A stretch of DNA of 64,000 bases from Takakia lepidozioides (taxonomy: Eukaryota; Plantae; Bryophyta). The DNA lies in NCBI GenBank assembly GCA_030704615.1, contig CM060733.1, positions 70,866,001-70,930,000 of the forward strand, read 5' to 3'. Of this stretch, positions 38,550-50,426 are shown in pieces. The notes beneath the pieces are model-generated. The model searched no databases. It was not told the DNA's origin and saw nothing but the letters and a program-made list of their open reading frames with translations. The translations under genes and the position numbers were made by a program. Position 1 is the stretch's first letter, and each line of letters starts with the position of its first letter.

Positions 38550-41500
38550 GCAACAGGTCATGTGCTCTTCATCTGCCCCAGTGCTCATACGCTGGATAGA
38601 TTCGGCAGAGTACTCCAGTTTGTATGTCGGAGTCCCAGACAGCGACACAGGCTTGAAGCATCCGAACATGGAACGGTTCGTGAGGCTGCAATGTCCACCG
38701 TCCTCCGATCTTGTGAAGGTGAAGGCACAGGGAGACTAGGTGTTCCTACTTGACAAAGTAATACTTGGAAGGTTTAATCTGGACCCTCTCTCTCTTGTTG
38801 TTGAGGAGGAGGACGTCAGTGAAGGGGGCGTCACCGAAACCCGCATCTTGGATCCAGTTCGAGACGCCGAGAACAAGTCATGGGTTCTTCCATTTACAGG
38901 TGAGGTCGTATACAAAGTATTTGGTGTCCGAGCTACGACAGACAAGCTGTCGACCACTTGTGAGCATCCTACTCTGGCTTCCGTCCGTGTGCTAATGTGG
39001 TGAAAACTGAGAGCATTGAGCTTTCTAGTGGTGACAGCGATGAATGTGTGGTTATTAGATCCAGTAGTGGAAGGTGGGAGAGCACTCCGGGAAAATCTGC
39101 TTCACCTCCACATAAATTGCGCCGAGGGGAGTTTATGGGAACAACGTTAAATTCGCACAGCCCGCTCAATCTATATATAGGATGTGCTGAAGCTTCTGCA
39201 CCTAGACTCCAAATCGCAGCTTGGAAGGATAAATTTTGAAAATGTTGAAGCGAGAAAGGTGAGATAATTGCCGAGGATCGTTGACGGTGATGTTTTGTAT
39301 GAGCTGCTGCCCACATCGAATACATCTCCAGCTGGGCAGCTTGAGGGCATGGACCGCAAATACGACGGGAATCCATGGACGGTCACAAAAACAACCAACA
39401 TAAAGCTCCCGCTCATTGGTTCAAAAGGCGGCGCTGTGAGGTGATGTTTCCATTTTCAGTGGTGGACATTGCCATACGACTTTTTGTAGTCGGTGTAGAC
39501 TTACATTGTTTGTCCACGTAGTGCCACGATCGTAGTCAAGTACTAACCAACTTTCACATGGCAGATATGTTTACTGTGTTGGAGCGTTGAGGTGCGTCTG
39601 GGGAACGTGCCCATTCTTCGTCAGGGAGGGAGCGCACAATGAGATGCACTGGTTGGGGCACTCCGAGGTACAGTTCAAGCCACAAAGCCAAGTTCCACCA
39701 AACACCTTTGTATGCGCAGTGTGCAATCATGCACCCACGTGCATACATATTTGCCCCGCGAAAATGTTTTACGTCCTTGGTCCACCAACAATGACAAGAG
39801 CAGCCGTCCATGTTGGGAACCACTCACACCCCTCTGCACCTGGGCTGTGTCAGGAAGCAGCAGCAAAGGCAAAAAGTGCCATTGCAGAAGAGATCCAAAG
39901 GTCACCCTCAGCCAGGCCCAAATCAGTTCAGCTATCTGTTGTTGAATCTATCGTCATGGAGAAGGTGTTATCTCCTGGTGCAACGGAGAGTTGGAAGCTA
40001 TTTGACGAGCAATTTGAGGAGCTCATGGAAGAAGTGGGTGCAGTGAGCAGATGTGGTGTTCGTTACGAGACACAGAAGACAAAAGCGGCAATGGGGATTG
40101 GGAGCAGTGTGGAAGCGTTAATGACAATGAAAAGTTGGAACGGGTACGACTATATCCAAGGGAGCCATTTTCCAGGTCAAGGGGGTGTGGACGAGAGATG
40201 CTTTGTCTTCAAGATGTCAACTGTTGGTAAAGGCTGTGGAGTCCATTTGGTGGACATGATGCGGGTCGGTGGTGAGCTGGGGTCGAGTTGGATTATGTTC
40301 GACAACGTCAAACGAATACACGGTTGGAGCACAATGGCGTGTCACGTGTACCATTCGAATTACCGCAAGATTATGACAATCGCAATCTGTGAAATGAAAT
40401 CGGAGGATACAGCATCACAAGTGATTATGTGGGAGTGCATCAACGATCAGATGCAAAGAGCAGGGAAGGGCCAACCACATTTTCGAGGATTCATGGCCGA
40501 CAATGCAAATGCCAACTGGGCTGCTGTGCGTATGGTGTATGGCGGAGGGGAACCTATGCCCGATTGAGAAAGGACATGTGGCTTCCATTGGGGCCAGAGC
40601 CTGGACAAATGGACGAAAAAGTATATATTGCAGGACCTTCAAAAAGCACATATACAACTGTGTACGAAATGGAGAGCAACAAGTTCTGAGGCGGAAGCAG
40701 AGGTTTCATTTGTGGCGATCCGTGCCTGGTGGTCCTCCTCCGGTGCCGTGCGAGACGATAACGTTCCTGCGCTAGAAAGCTGGCTGTCGTGGTGGACATA
40801 CCGACGCTACCAATTGGGAGCATATGTTCGCAATGTAAGTCTTCGGTTTCTCCAAACACTGTATATGCACTTCTGTGATGCCGCTCACATGAGCGAACCT
40901 AATGTCTTAATCGGCACCGACCAGAGCATTACATCTCTGGAACGTGATGCATTCGTTAGGCTATATTTCTACCAAGTGCGTTACTCGCATAATCCTCCGC
41001 TCACATGAGCACGTCATAAGTTTAAGTAGAACGGTTTCTACTCGACGCTTTTATACATTGCCGAATATGCAGAACTGACATGAAATGAAGTTAAACCATA
41101 TAGTCTGCAACGACTATTGCACCCGTCATCCGTACATGCTCTTTTTACTGCATAATATTTGCACCCACAGGGTACTAGTACCGTATAGTCTGCAACGACT
41201 ATATGGGATTGATATATTTTCACAGACAGGTAATTCCACACGTGTTATATGGGTTTGGTCACATGTTAGGATAAACGAAAAAGGGGCATAGTCGTTACCG
41301 ACTATGCCACCGGGAAAGTAAAGCGGTTCATGCAGTTGGCCTGTACCCATAGTCTGTAGCAACTATGGCTTGGTTGTTCAATGTTTCAGGGTCGGTTACT
41401 GAAACATGGGTGTCTTTTTATGAGACTGCTCATATAGTCGGCAACGACTACCTACGGGACGTACACGCAGTACACTATTTACTGAACGTGTCGTTATAGT

Positions 41501-43177
41501 CTGTACCGACTACATTCCTACCGTCTGCTTGTTAGATAATATGCGATTCGTCTTTGTTTTTAGTACAAAGCCTGCAAATTATGACGTTATCGTATAGTCT
41601 GTATTTTGTAAATGGTCCAACACTGTCTATGGTGCCTATAGTCTGCACCGACTTTAGCGTTACTGGCGGAATGTTGTCGGATATCGGATCCTGTCGGACT
41701 TGTGGTCGGCGACGACTATCCGGTTATGTCCTACAAATTGGTCCTCCACTGATTGTGCTGTTTAATAGTCTGCACCGATTATGCTTCAATGCTGACTTGT
41801 ACATGTGTACTGCAGGATCTGGATCTAGAAGAGAACGCTGCAATGCCAAATATGAACATGTCTAAGGCCGTGCATGCGAGCTGGCAGGCCGGGAGCGGTG
41901 TATCGAAGGTCGACCTCTATACAGGCACCAGGAACGACTTGACGAGGACAATTATGTAATCGTGTGACTACCACAGTTATCTGAAGGGTGGAGCAAAGGG
42001 TTCCGGATCCGACTGGGCACAACTGCTAGCCCGTGTTGCATCGCGATTGTCTGATCCAGCTAAAATGGCAGAAGCGGTCAGGTCTTTCATAGATGGCACT
42101 GAGCTTCATGGACAAAATCCAGGGCTCGAGGGTGATCTCCTAACTCGCACAATAAAACGGAAGATTGTTCTCGACAACTTGCATGAAGAGGAACCCGTTC
42201 ACTCCTGGAGGTCTGACTTAAACCTCCAAACGACACCGAGGCGTTGTGAAGGTGCTGGTGGACCAAGAGTGTCCACATGCACTACTGACATGTCCGTGGA
42301 GACTTTGGAGGACGATCTTCCACTTTAGAACAAAAAGCCAGTTTTGGAGTCGGCTGTGTCCACGGCATGCTGGCACATAACACGAACTTCTAACACATCA
42401 CGGGTGAAGTGCTGGGCAGTGCGCTCTGATAGTGAGAAGCCATGCAAACAGGAACTCCAGAGTTTGGGTGTTCCGGCTCCGAGGTTTGTTGGTCGGCACC
42501 ACCATCTTGCCCTGGTGAAGCCGAAGATAATGGAAATTTGGCACTGCCCAACAGATATCGTCTACTGTGTCGGTGGTGATTCGAGCCAGTATGTGCTGGA
42601 CAGACCTGATATTCCGGACGTTTGGCCTGTGGTGGTTGGGACGAACCTAAGTCAGGCAGAGGTTGACTTTTTCACAAAAGCAGGCTTTCGACTTGTTCCC
42701 CCAGATGACGTGGGTAATTCCCAAGGTGAATGGGAATGTGTTGCGGAAGATATCAATAATCTGGATCCGGATTCGTACGCGACGAAAAGGTGGGACAGAG
42801 TATACCGGCGGAAGAAACGGTCAGCAATCGCTCGTAAGAAGATGGAGTTAGCTCAGTCTTTGCAGGCCACGGTGCAATCACTCAAGGATGTTCCACGCCC
42901 GGGAATTGGACGTGTGTACACACTGTGCACACCGGGATCAGCAAAAGCAGGGGAGGTGTACAATGTTTGCATCTCTAGAAGTCCGGAGTGCACATGCCCT
43001 GATTTTGACATAATGAAGGAAGAAAAAGGACCCTACACCCACTGCAAGCACTTATACTATATTATGCTGCGACATTTGAAGATGCGGGAAGACCAGGAGG
43101 TCATCAATCACGCAACTCTCACCGTATCTGAAGTCAGGGGTATGTTAGTTCGTGATCCCTGTCCTTCGGTCCCATAG
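38550..43177 (+). pseudogene. MULE-type DDE transposase with C-terminal SWIM zinc finger; introns at ~39442-39564 and ~40835-41816
   Basis: WIMFD, FMADNANANW.A, CGFHWGQ, and NMNMSKAVH (third catalytic E apparently changed to K). SWIM motif YNVCIS..PECTCPD...CKHLY. In-frame stops at 40565, 41957 and 42326. The start is approximate. Confidence 0.85.
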
Positions 43178-44480
43178 AGACGCATTGGATATCTTGCATG
43201 GTTGGAATCCTTATAGTCTGTGCCGACTACAAAGTGCATGACAACTTGGATTATCTTGTGAACTCCAACTCTTTCCACGGATAAGGTCTTTTTTTAAACC
43301 GGTTTGGAAACATGGACATGCTTGGAATATTCATAGTCTGTGCCGACTACAAAGTGTATGACCATTTGGATGAATTAGTTAACTCCAACTTTTTGCTCAG
43401 ATGAGCTCATTTTTCAACTACCACTTTTTTGCAATCAAATATGACTCCATATCCATCATCTTTCACTTAATTCTTGTAGTCTGTGCCGACTACAAGTCAT
43501 GGGCATCCCGGATATACAATCTTGCCAACAACATTTCCTAACACACAAATTATTCATACACCAGAATTTGTTGCTGACATGGCCAGAACAACGTACACCA
43601 AAATAACTGTCATGGAAATCAATATTCCCGTGGGTTCAAATCCTAATAATGAATTTTATTTTAAGACACATTCCTTCAATATGCATTGCTCATTTAACAT
43701 AAGAATTAAAATAGAAATTGAGTTCCATTCTTCAATATCAATTCTGAAACATGTTAACAATAGTAATATGCCTCAAAGCTCATAGATCACTATAGCATGG
43801 ATGTGTGGGAGCCAGCCTCATAATAATAATATATGATGCCTCATTCGGGAGGCATAAATTATGGTGTCACTCGACTGAAGGGGCACATTGTGTGAAGCAT
43901 GGATGTTGTGCCAGCGAGCTCATCTACTTGAAATCATTGAAGTCGGTGCCGACTATAGGGACGTGGGACTCTATTTTTCAGAGGAAACACCTTCTGCAAT
44001 TGAAATGAGTTTCGTTGGCTCCATATTGGGGATGAAATAAAACTGATAAAAAATATACCTTATTCACGTTTGCCGGAACCTGAATATCCGTTCTGATCTC
44101 TTTGTAGTCGTTGCCGACTACCTACATTGTAATAGATCCGGATGAGGGCTGAGAGGCAATGTCTATACACCTCAACATATGTTCACAATCATCGTTTTTT
44201 TCATGTCATAAACTCAGAGCGGATTCTTAAAGTCGTTGCTGACTTTAAGGGTAGTAGGGAAACATCAAATGACGTGTCGTATCACTTTCCAACTGAACAA
44301 AACAGTTAAAGCACAACACTCCATTCAAAATTTTGAAAATAGAAGCCAAAGTACAAAACGTCAAAGAGGTACAATTTCATTTTATTCTTGATAGTCGTTG
44401 CCGACCTCAATGATCATAGCCTCCTTTATCCACTTCTATGACGTACATATAAGTTTTCTTTCTGCAGTGACTACAATGTT

Positions 44481-45005
44481 TCAAATCCTATTGCGGCAAA
44501 CAGAGCATGACCCGTTTCGAAGCAGCCACCCTTCAATGCATATAGAGTGAAAGGAATGGCCGCACTCACTGAGAATACGGACTGACTCGCCCTCTACTGG
44601 ACAGTCTTGGCAAACAATCCATCGTTCGTTTGTTGCTAGACATGTTTCTCCTGCGATAACAAACTCCATTGAATGCATTTCAATGATTTCCATGTTTGCC
44701 CCTGTCCATCGCAAATCATCCTCTGCATGTACCTCCATCTCCTCACCTTCCCCATCAATTTCCATGTACTCATCTTCATCATCATCGTCGTTGTCGTCAG
44801 AATCCGTAGTGGAGTCCCCTGCTGAAGGGCCGTTCCCATTGACGGTCTGCTGAACCACCATTGCCTCATCATTTTCGTGCTTGGCAAGACACACGGCGAT
44901 ATTGTCCATAAAGGGAGGCCACTATGAAGTCGATGCAGGCCTGTCCTCCTCATTTCCACTGTCACCACTACTGCTTGCGTCTGCATTGGAAGAGCTCGTG
45001 TCCAT
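44481..45005 (-). pseudogene. RING-H2 finger (E3 ligase-like) gene with acidic N-terminal region
   Basis: (W)IVCQD...VRILSECGHSFHSICIEGWL....SCSVCR. The first Cys is replaced by Trp, and there is an in-frame stop at ~44922. Confidence 0.85.
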
Positions 45006-46364
45006 CTTATCTAAGAACGGACTATCCAAAAATACAACTGATTGGAAGAGAAAGTGACCCCAAACAGTGTGCTTGTAGTTGTTGCAGATTACAAGTGACA
45101 GCCAGCCAAAAGTGCTGCTGTCATTGACAAAGGGTAGTAGGCGTTGAACATCAGCCCTTTTGTTGAAAGAGAAAGTGGCAAAGAGCAATGTGCTTATAGT
45201 CGTTGCAGACTACAAGTAGCCATGTACGCTTAGTCGTTTTCGCTCGAGACAAAACCTGGTAGGTGTCCAACAACATATCCTATATTATTTTGGAGCTTTC
45301 GGTTGTTTCAAAATAAGTTTTTTAATGCCGCTGTAGATATCTTTCCACCGTCCACTTAACACCTGGCCGATATTTTTTCCTTCTTTTTTGTTTTTAGCCG
45401 TTTGCACTTCCAATATCATCGTGGGACGTGCCAGAAGAATCTTCTGTCTATATTTGTAATGGATAACATCCTCTGCATGATCAGTTTCGTTCTCTTTAGG
45501 TCTCGAGTTCAACTTCCTGTGCATGCCATAAACGAGAATGCCTGCATGTTACAGTGGTGATTCAGGGCTCAAATCTCATTCCCGCCATATCTATTAATTA
45601 ACAATATGCGATCTCACACATTTGAATTACCTGCTCATACTAAGTACACTTCATGGCTTCCATTAATTTTTATAGAATTTTTTTATAGTGTACCTATTAT
45701 TCCCGCGGCCTTTCTCCCGTGCCCCTATTCTCTCTCGCAGTATTTGCCCCAGACCTCTCGGCCCAGAGTCTGTAATCGACAAAACGCTCATAGGTTCGGC
45801 AACTACCAAACCTAATTCTAAGTAACCGAACCTCCGGAAATGTTGCCACTTACTGATGGTGCACCTGCCCATTTTTCAAACTTCAAAAGCTGTCGGAATT
45901 GCGGAGGAAATCCAAATATCGAGAAATATTCCCTGGATTATCGGCTGCTCATGTTTAAATTCGCTCATCGCTCATGCTCATGCAAGTACAAACACAAACC
46001 CCCACGAGTTCACCGACCAGCCAAACGCGGACAAAGCGGCAATGCGCCTTCTCTACAGGTAAACCTGCAGTGCTGTTCTTTGATTTATGGCCATTGTAGT
46101 CCCAAGAGTTCCTGGTCCAAAAATTGGGAATATGAGGCCATAGTTTCAGTTTTGTGCCGAGTATTGGCTGTCCCAGTAGGTATGGGCCGCAGCATACTCG
46201 GCGCCATTTCTCCTGCTTGGGCCTAGACAGTCCCACTCTGCACATGTCACGGGCAATGTCCCTCACATACTCTAATGGAACTGGGACGGTGTGTCATGGT
46301 CCTCCACGTGTCCTCATCCATTTGCTGTGACTATGGTGGCAAAAGAAGAGAGAACATGTGGCGA

Positions 46365-46880
46365 TTCAGATTGCTTTCATAGCCATCTCCACTGAAGACT
46401 TTTGTAACACCCTCAGAAATGTTCTGGTGCCAAATCTGATGTTGCCCAGCCATTGCAATATAAAAGAATGACATTTTTCGGGTGCAGACATACATCCCAT
46501 GGCGAATTAAGTCCTGCTTCAGCAAATTCCACGCTGTCAAGTTTGAAACCAGCTTCTCCAAATTGCTTACGACCTCAACTTGAAGATCTAGCGTACAGAA
46601 AGTATTGTATATCCAGCTGCTTCTAGACACCATGAGCTCATGCAAAGAGTCTAAACTATGGCTTAGATAAGCTTTTTTGCAACATTTTCACATTACTGTT
46701 AACAAGTGATCTGTGGCTTGTAGTACAGCAACATCAACAAAGATTTGTGCAAAGACTAAGTACCCCAAAAACCTGCTATGCACTTTTCTTGCCACCTTTG
46801 TAATCATTTCCCTTTGTGCCAATCCCAACAAGTGTCCGGACTGTCTCCTTTACAAAGTCAATCTCCCTGCAACCTCCACA
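46365..46880 (-). pseudogene. SOQ1: Two-exon fragment of SOQ1/NHLRC2-like NHL-repeat gene
   Basis: REIDFVKETVRTLVGIGTKGNDYKGG and YIAMAGQHQIW..SEGVTKVFSGDGYESNLN. Confidence 0.8.
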
Positions 46881-48134
46881 TCTCAGCTCTTTTCTTTCCC
46901 TGATAAGCTATACGTTGTTCACAGGCAAAAGTTCAAATTGATTCATGAACTGAACAAGTGATGTGCAAGTAGTGGTGAGAGAGACTTCTCTTCACAGCAC
47001 AACAGTCCAAGCAGGTCCTCCTGTCTATTTAGGAGAAATATCAGCTTATAACACACTACTGGCTCCACAAACCACTGCAACCAGACATGCAATATTTACG
47101 GGGCTCTTCAAAAACTTTCTTAAAAGGAGGTATCACTAGAAACTTTAAAGTTTGCCACTAAGCAGATGTGAAAAGTTAACATGGATTTACACTATATTTT
47201 CCAGAATAGTCAAGTAGGCATGCAGCACTTGCATGGAAGTAAAGAAACCCACCTAAGGACATGATTCTCAGTGTCTACAACATAGAGGACATTCTTGGTT
47301 GCATTGTATGCTACACCCTGCTGGTGCACTCACACAAGCATTTGTCATCCCTCTCCCCATTCAAGGAAATGCAAGAAATGTTGCTCCCCACTCTCTCTAT
47401 GTCCACTGGCCCCTCCCTCTGACATTCTTTCTTGACTCATGTACATAAGAAGCATATGCACAAGTGTACTCACAAAACAATGCCCTTTGGCATCTCTTTG
47501 TTGTTCTCCACTAACAATACTGATCGCATTTTCTTTGTTCATTTAAGTGACATTTGTTAAAAAATATGAGGTTGATACTGATAACAGTGCACAGAGGCTG
47601 CAGGACAAGCCTACAACTAATGTCCTCAATTACTGCAAATTCACGGGTAGTTGTTCATTGTCATCACCGATGTGCAAGACCAGCAAGCAACACATAGTAG
47701 TAATTTCACCAAGAGTATATTGAAAACACAGTTTGCGTTCACACTTCGCTTCAGGATCTAACATCTTTCATTTTGGGTAACACCTGCCCACACAAACCTT
47801 TTGGTCCCAGTTCTTAGCCGATACCAAATGACAATCAATTTGAAATATTCGTCTTCATTTCCTAATTGGAAGACTGTTCCTTCACTTTGCTCCTCTGCAA
47901 AAGTTATTGAGGCCACCACCTCGACACACGTGCGCACCCGGTATAGCTTCTGCGCTATCTCGGCATCACCTTGCTGGACTGCATTGAAGTCCAGCTCAAC
48001 AGTGTTCTGCCCACTAACCTATACAGCAAACATCTGTCACACATAAATCAGCATCTCAAGGAAGCTAAATATTTCCCAAACTTGAAGTTCACGATAAACA
48101 CACTATCAACCGCGTAATACTACATCGCAATTGT

Positions 48135-49699
48135 CCTCTTCATCGAGTGCTAGGGGGATTGATGCTGCACTGGTGTTGCCATAGTTTGCAAGGTCGGAGA
48201 TTACTCTCTCTGATGGTATCTGCAGACGCTCTGAACCAAGTCAATAATTCTCTGATTTGCCTGTGGTCACCACCAAAGATACATGTTATCATTGTCCATT
48301 GCATGTCAAACCCTAAAACTGCTCAACTACTATCAAAAGGCTTTTGCTTCAGTAACACCTTCCTATACAAAAATGCACCCTACCAGATACCTGTCAACAG
48401 ATCTATCTGCTTCACCTAAGCGGAGTTCACTGGGATGGAAGAAGTAAGCACAAGCACAGAGGCAAGCAGACAGACAAAGACAATAAAAGAGATGGGAGCA
48501 GAGATAGCTGATTTGATTCCTTACTTGGTGGAGAAGCAACCAGTCCAAATTTGCTCCAGTAAGGCCAGCCTCCTCTAATGCTGCTTCCACCACCTGGGGC
48601 ACTGCTCGTACAGGAAACCGGAAGACCTCCTTCCCATTCATTTGAAGACATTTGTAGGACGCTTTGGCCGGCAACTTTGTGAGGGTGCCATTTGTTGCAG
48701 CTCCATTCTGTAGGGAAACTTCGATGTTGTCTAATTGTACATGCAAACTCCTGCAGCTCCCGTCATCTTGTCATTCAAATGTACAACACCCTCTCTTTGC
48801 TTCTCTGAAAGCAGAAGTGCTCAAAGCAGGGAATCACTTGAATAGATATGTAGTTCATACTGCTTCTTAGCTAAAGATTTGATTGCATCATTAGCAGTGA
48901 GGGGGGGCATGGCTGAGTGTGCATCAAATGACTATGAGGGCCTGCTGGTTGTAGTTCATAACAATAGGTGATTTCCGGTATCAGCCCTTCCATGTATATA
49001 TGTCAGCAAAGGTTATCAGAACCCAATTTGTTGACCATAGCAGCTACACAGAGGAGAAGTAAGATAGAGAAGACTCACTTGTGGCCACCTCCATCACTAC
49101 GTAGATCAAATCCAAGCAAGCTGTCCTGATTGTCACTTGCTGCCTGTATGCGATGTATAGCACAGTGATATCAGTGCACACAAGGGAATCACTTAGAATA
49201 GTCAAACCTCAGCAATAAAAACAAATAGTAACAAAAGGTCTCTACTCATGAAAATTAGACCCAGCCACAAACAGTATCTTAGCAGTTTGCTGTCTGAGAT
49301 TGTGCAGCTCTCCCCTGAACTGGTTTTCAATACAATTTGCACTTGTAAATGTGAAATTGGAAGTCTTCTGCATACCTGCAAGACCAAAGCCCTGAAGCAT
49401 CCCCGAAAAGGATGCAAGTGCCTCTGTCTGTCCAATCCACATATCTAGATAGAGCATCTGCACCTATCACCAGCGCATTCTTGTAGCCTCCACCTGCACC
49501 CGACCATTCCTCTTCCTTTTCAGGATTAAAGGGTACACAATGCTGGCAATCACATATCCTAAGAGGTGATGCAAATGCAACCATGTAGTAGGCTGAATAT
49601 TGGTTTTTGTGAGGTCCACAACATTCAGGCAGGAGGAGGGAAGGCATGCATGGAGAAAACAAAGGGGCAGGAGAAAGCGGCACACAAAGCATGGGCGCC

Positions 49700-49745
<46 letters not shown>

Positions 49746-50321
49746 AGCAGCAGCAGCATACCCTTGATAAACCGCGTGGCTGTTACAAGCCCCAACACAA
49801 AACCACTGCATGCAGTTGTCAAATCAAATGCTATGGCATTATGGCATCCCAGTGCCTTCTGCACCTGAGACATTAAACACATCCATACTGATTGATTTGA
49901 GAGCTGAAATACTGCACTTGTCTTCCTATATGGCCCTTTGGCTCCACCAACCACATGGATGCCAAATCAATCAATCGTGCTGAGTGATAGGCAGATTTCC
50001 TAATTAATCAGCTATCAACCTTGCCCTCCCACCTCAACATATGCCCGTTGTACACAAATGTGAAGCTCTGCGATGGTAACAACACCAATTTCTCAAAATG
50101 CCACATTTTGGACCCTCTGTCAAATAGCAATGATGCAATTGACTACAATGACACTGCTATTTCTCTTGGTGGACAAACACCTACCTGAGGAGCACTGCCA
50201 AAGAGATCGTCGGGAGTAGATGTGTCGAGCAACACCAGATCAACATCCTCTGGTTTCACACAGGCCATCTCAAGGGCCTTTCTAGAGGCCTCAACAGATA
50301 GGCTTGTGATAGTCTCATCCT
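48135..50321 (-). pseudogene. fabH: 3-oxoacyl-ACP synthase III (KAS III) partial gene, intron-containing, frameshifted and truncated
   Basis: Exons encode [52 protein letters not shown]|ANQRII and [15 protein letters not shown]. The N-terminal exons and C-terminus are missing. Confidence 0.92.
49701..49758. repeat. (GA)n plus (CAG)n microsatellite in a KAS III intron
   Basis: Seen directly in the sequence. Confidence 0.95.
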
Positions 50322-50426
50322 CTGCATCCCTGGCAAACCTCCTCATTAGCACAGCTACAGACGACACCATAGCCATCACAGCCAGTTGAATCGGTTGTCT
50401 CGGAGGTTCCACAGTTAGAACATGTT

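Larger units (their letters stand above)
29964..45212. repeat. Dispersed 16-bp palindrome family TAGTCG-N4-CGACTA (about 40 copies including 1-2 mismatch variants)
   Basis: Copies start at about 29964, 30029, 31744, 31788, 31831, 33230, 33275, 33384, 33452, 33497, 33553, 33629, 33685, 33773, 33818, 33874, 34021, 34059, 37762, 37835 (perfect TAGTCGGCGCCGACTA), 37938, 38052, 38164, 38248, 39487, 41101, 41186, 41289, 41435, 41497, 41639, 41703, 43214, 43334, 43477, 43940, 44105, 44392 and 45197. Confidence 0.95.
29950..45250. mobile_element. Large Mutator-like (MULE) element with cargo genes; boundaries approximate
   Basis: Contains a MULE-type transposase. Extent is taken from the TAGTCG-N4-CGACTA palindrome (first at 29964, last at 45197) and from truncation of the family B LTR. 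No TIR or TSD identified. Confidence 0.7.
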
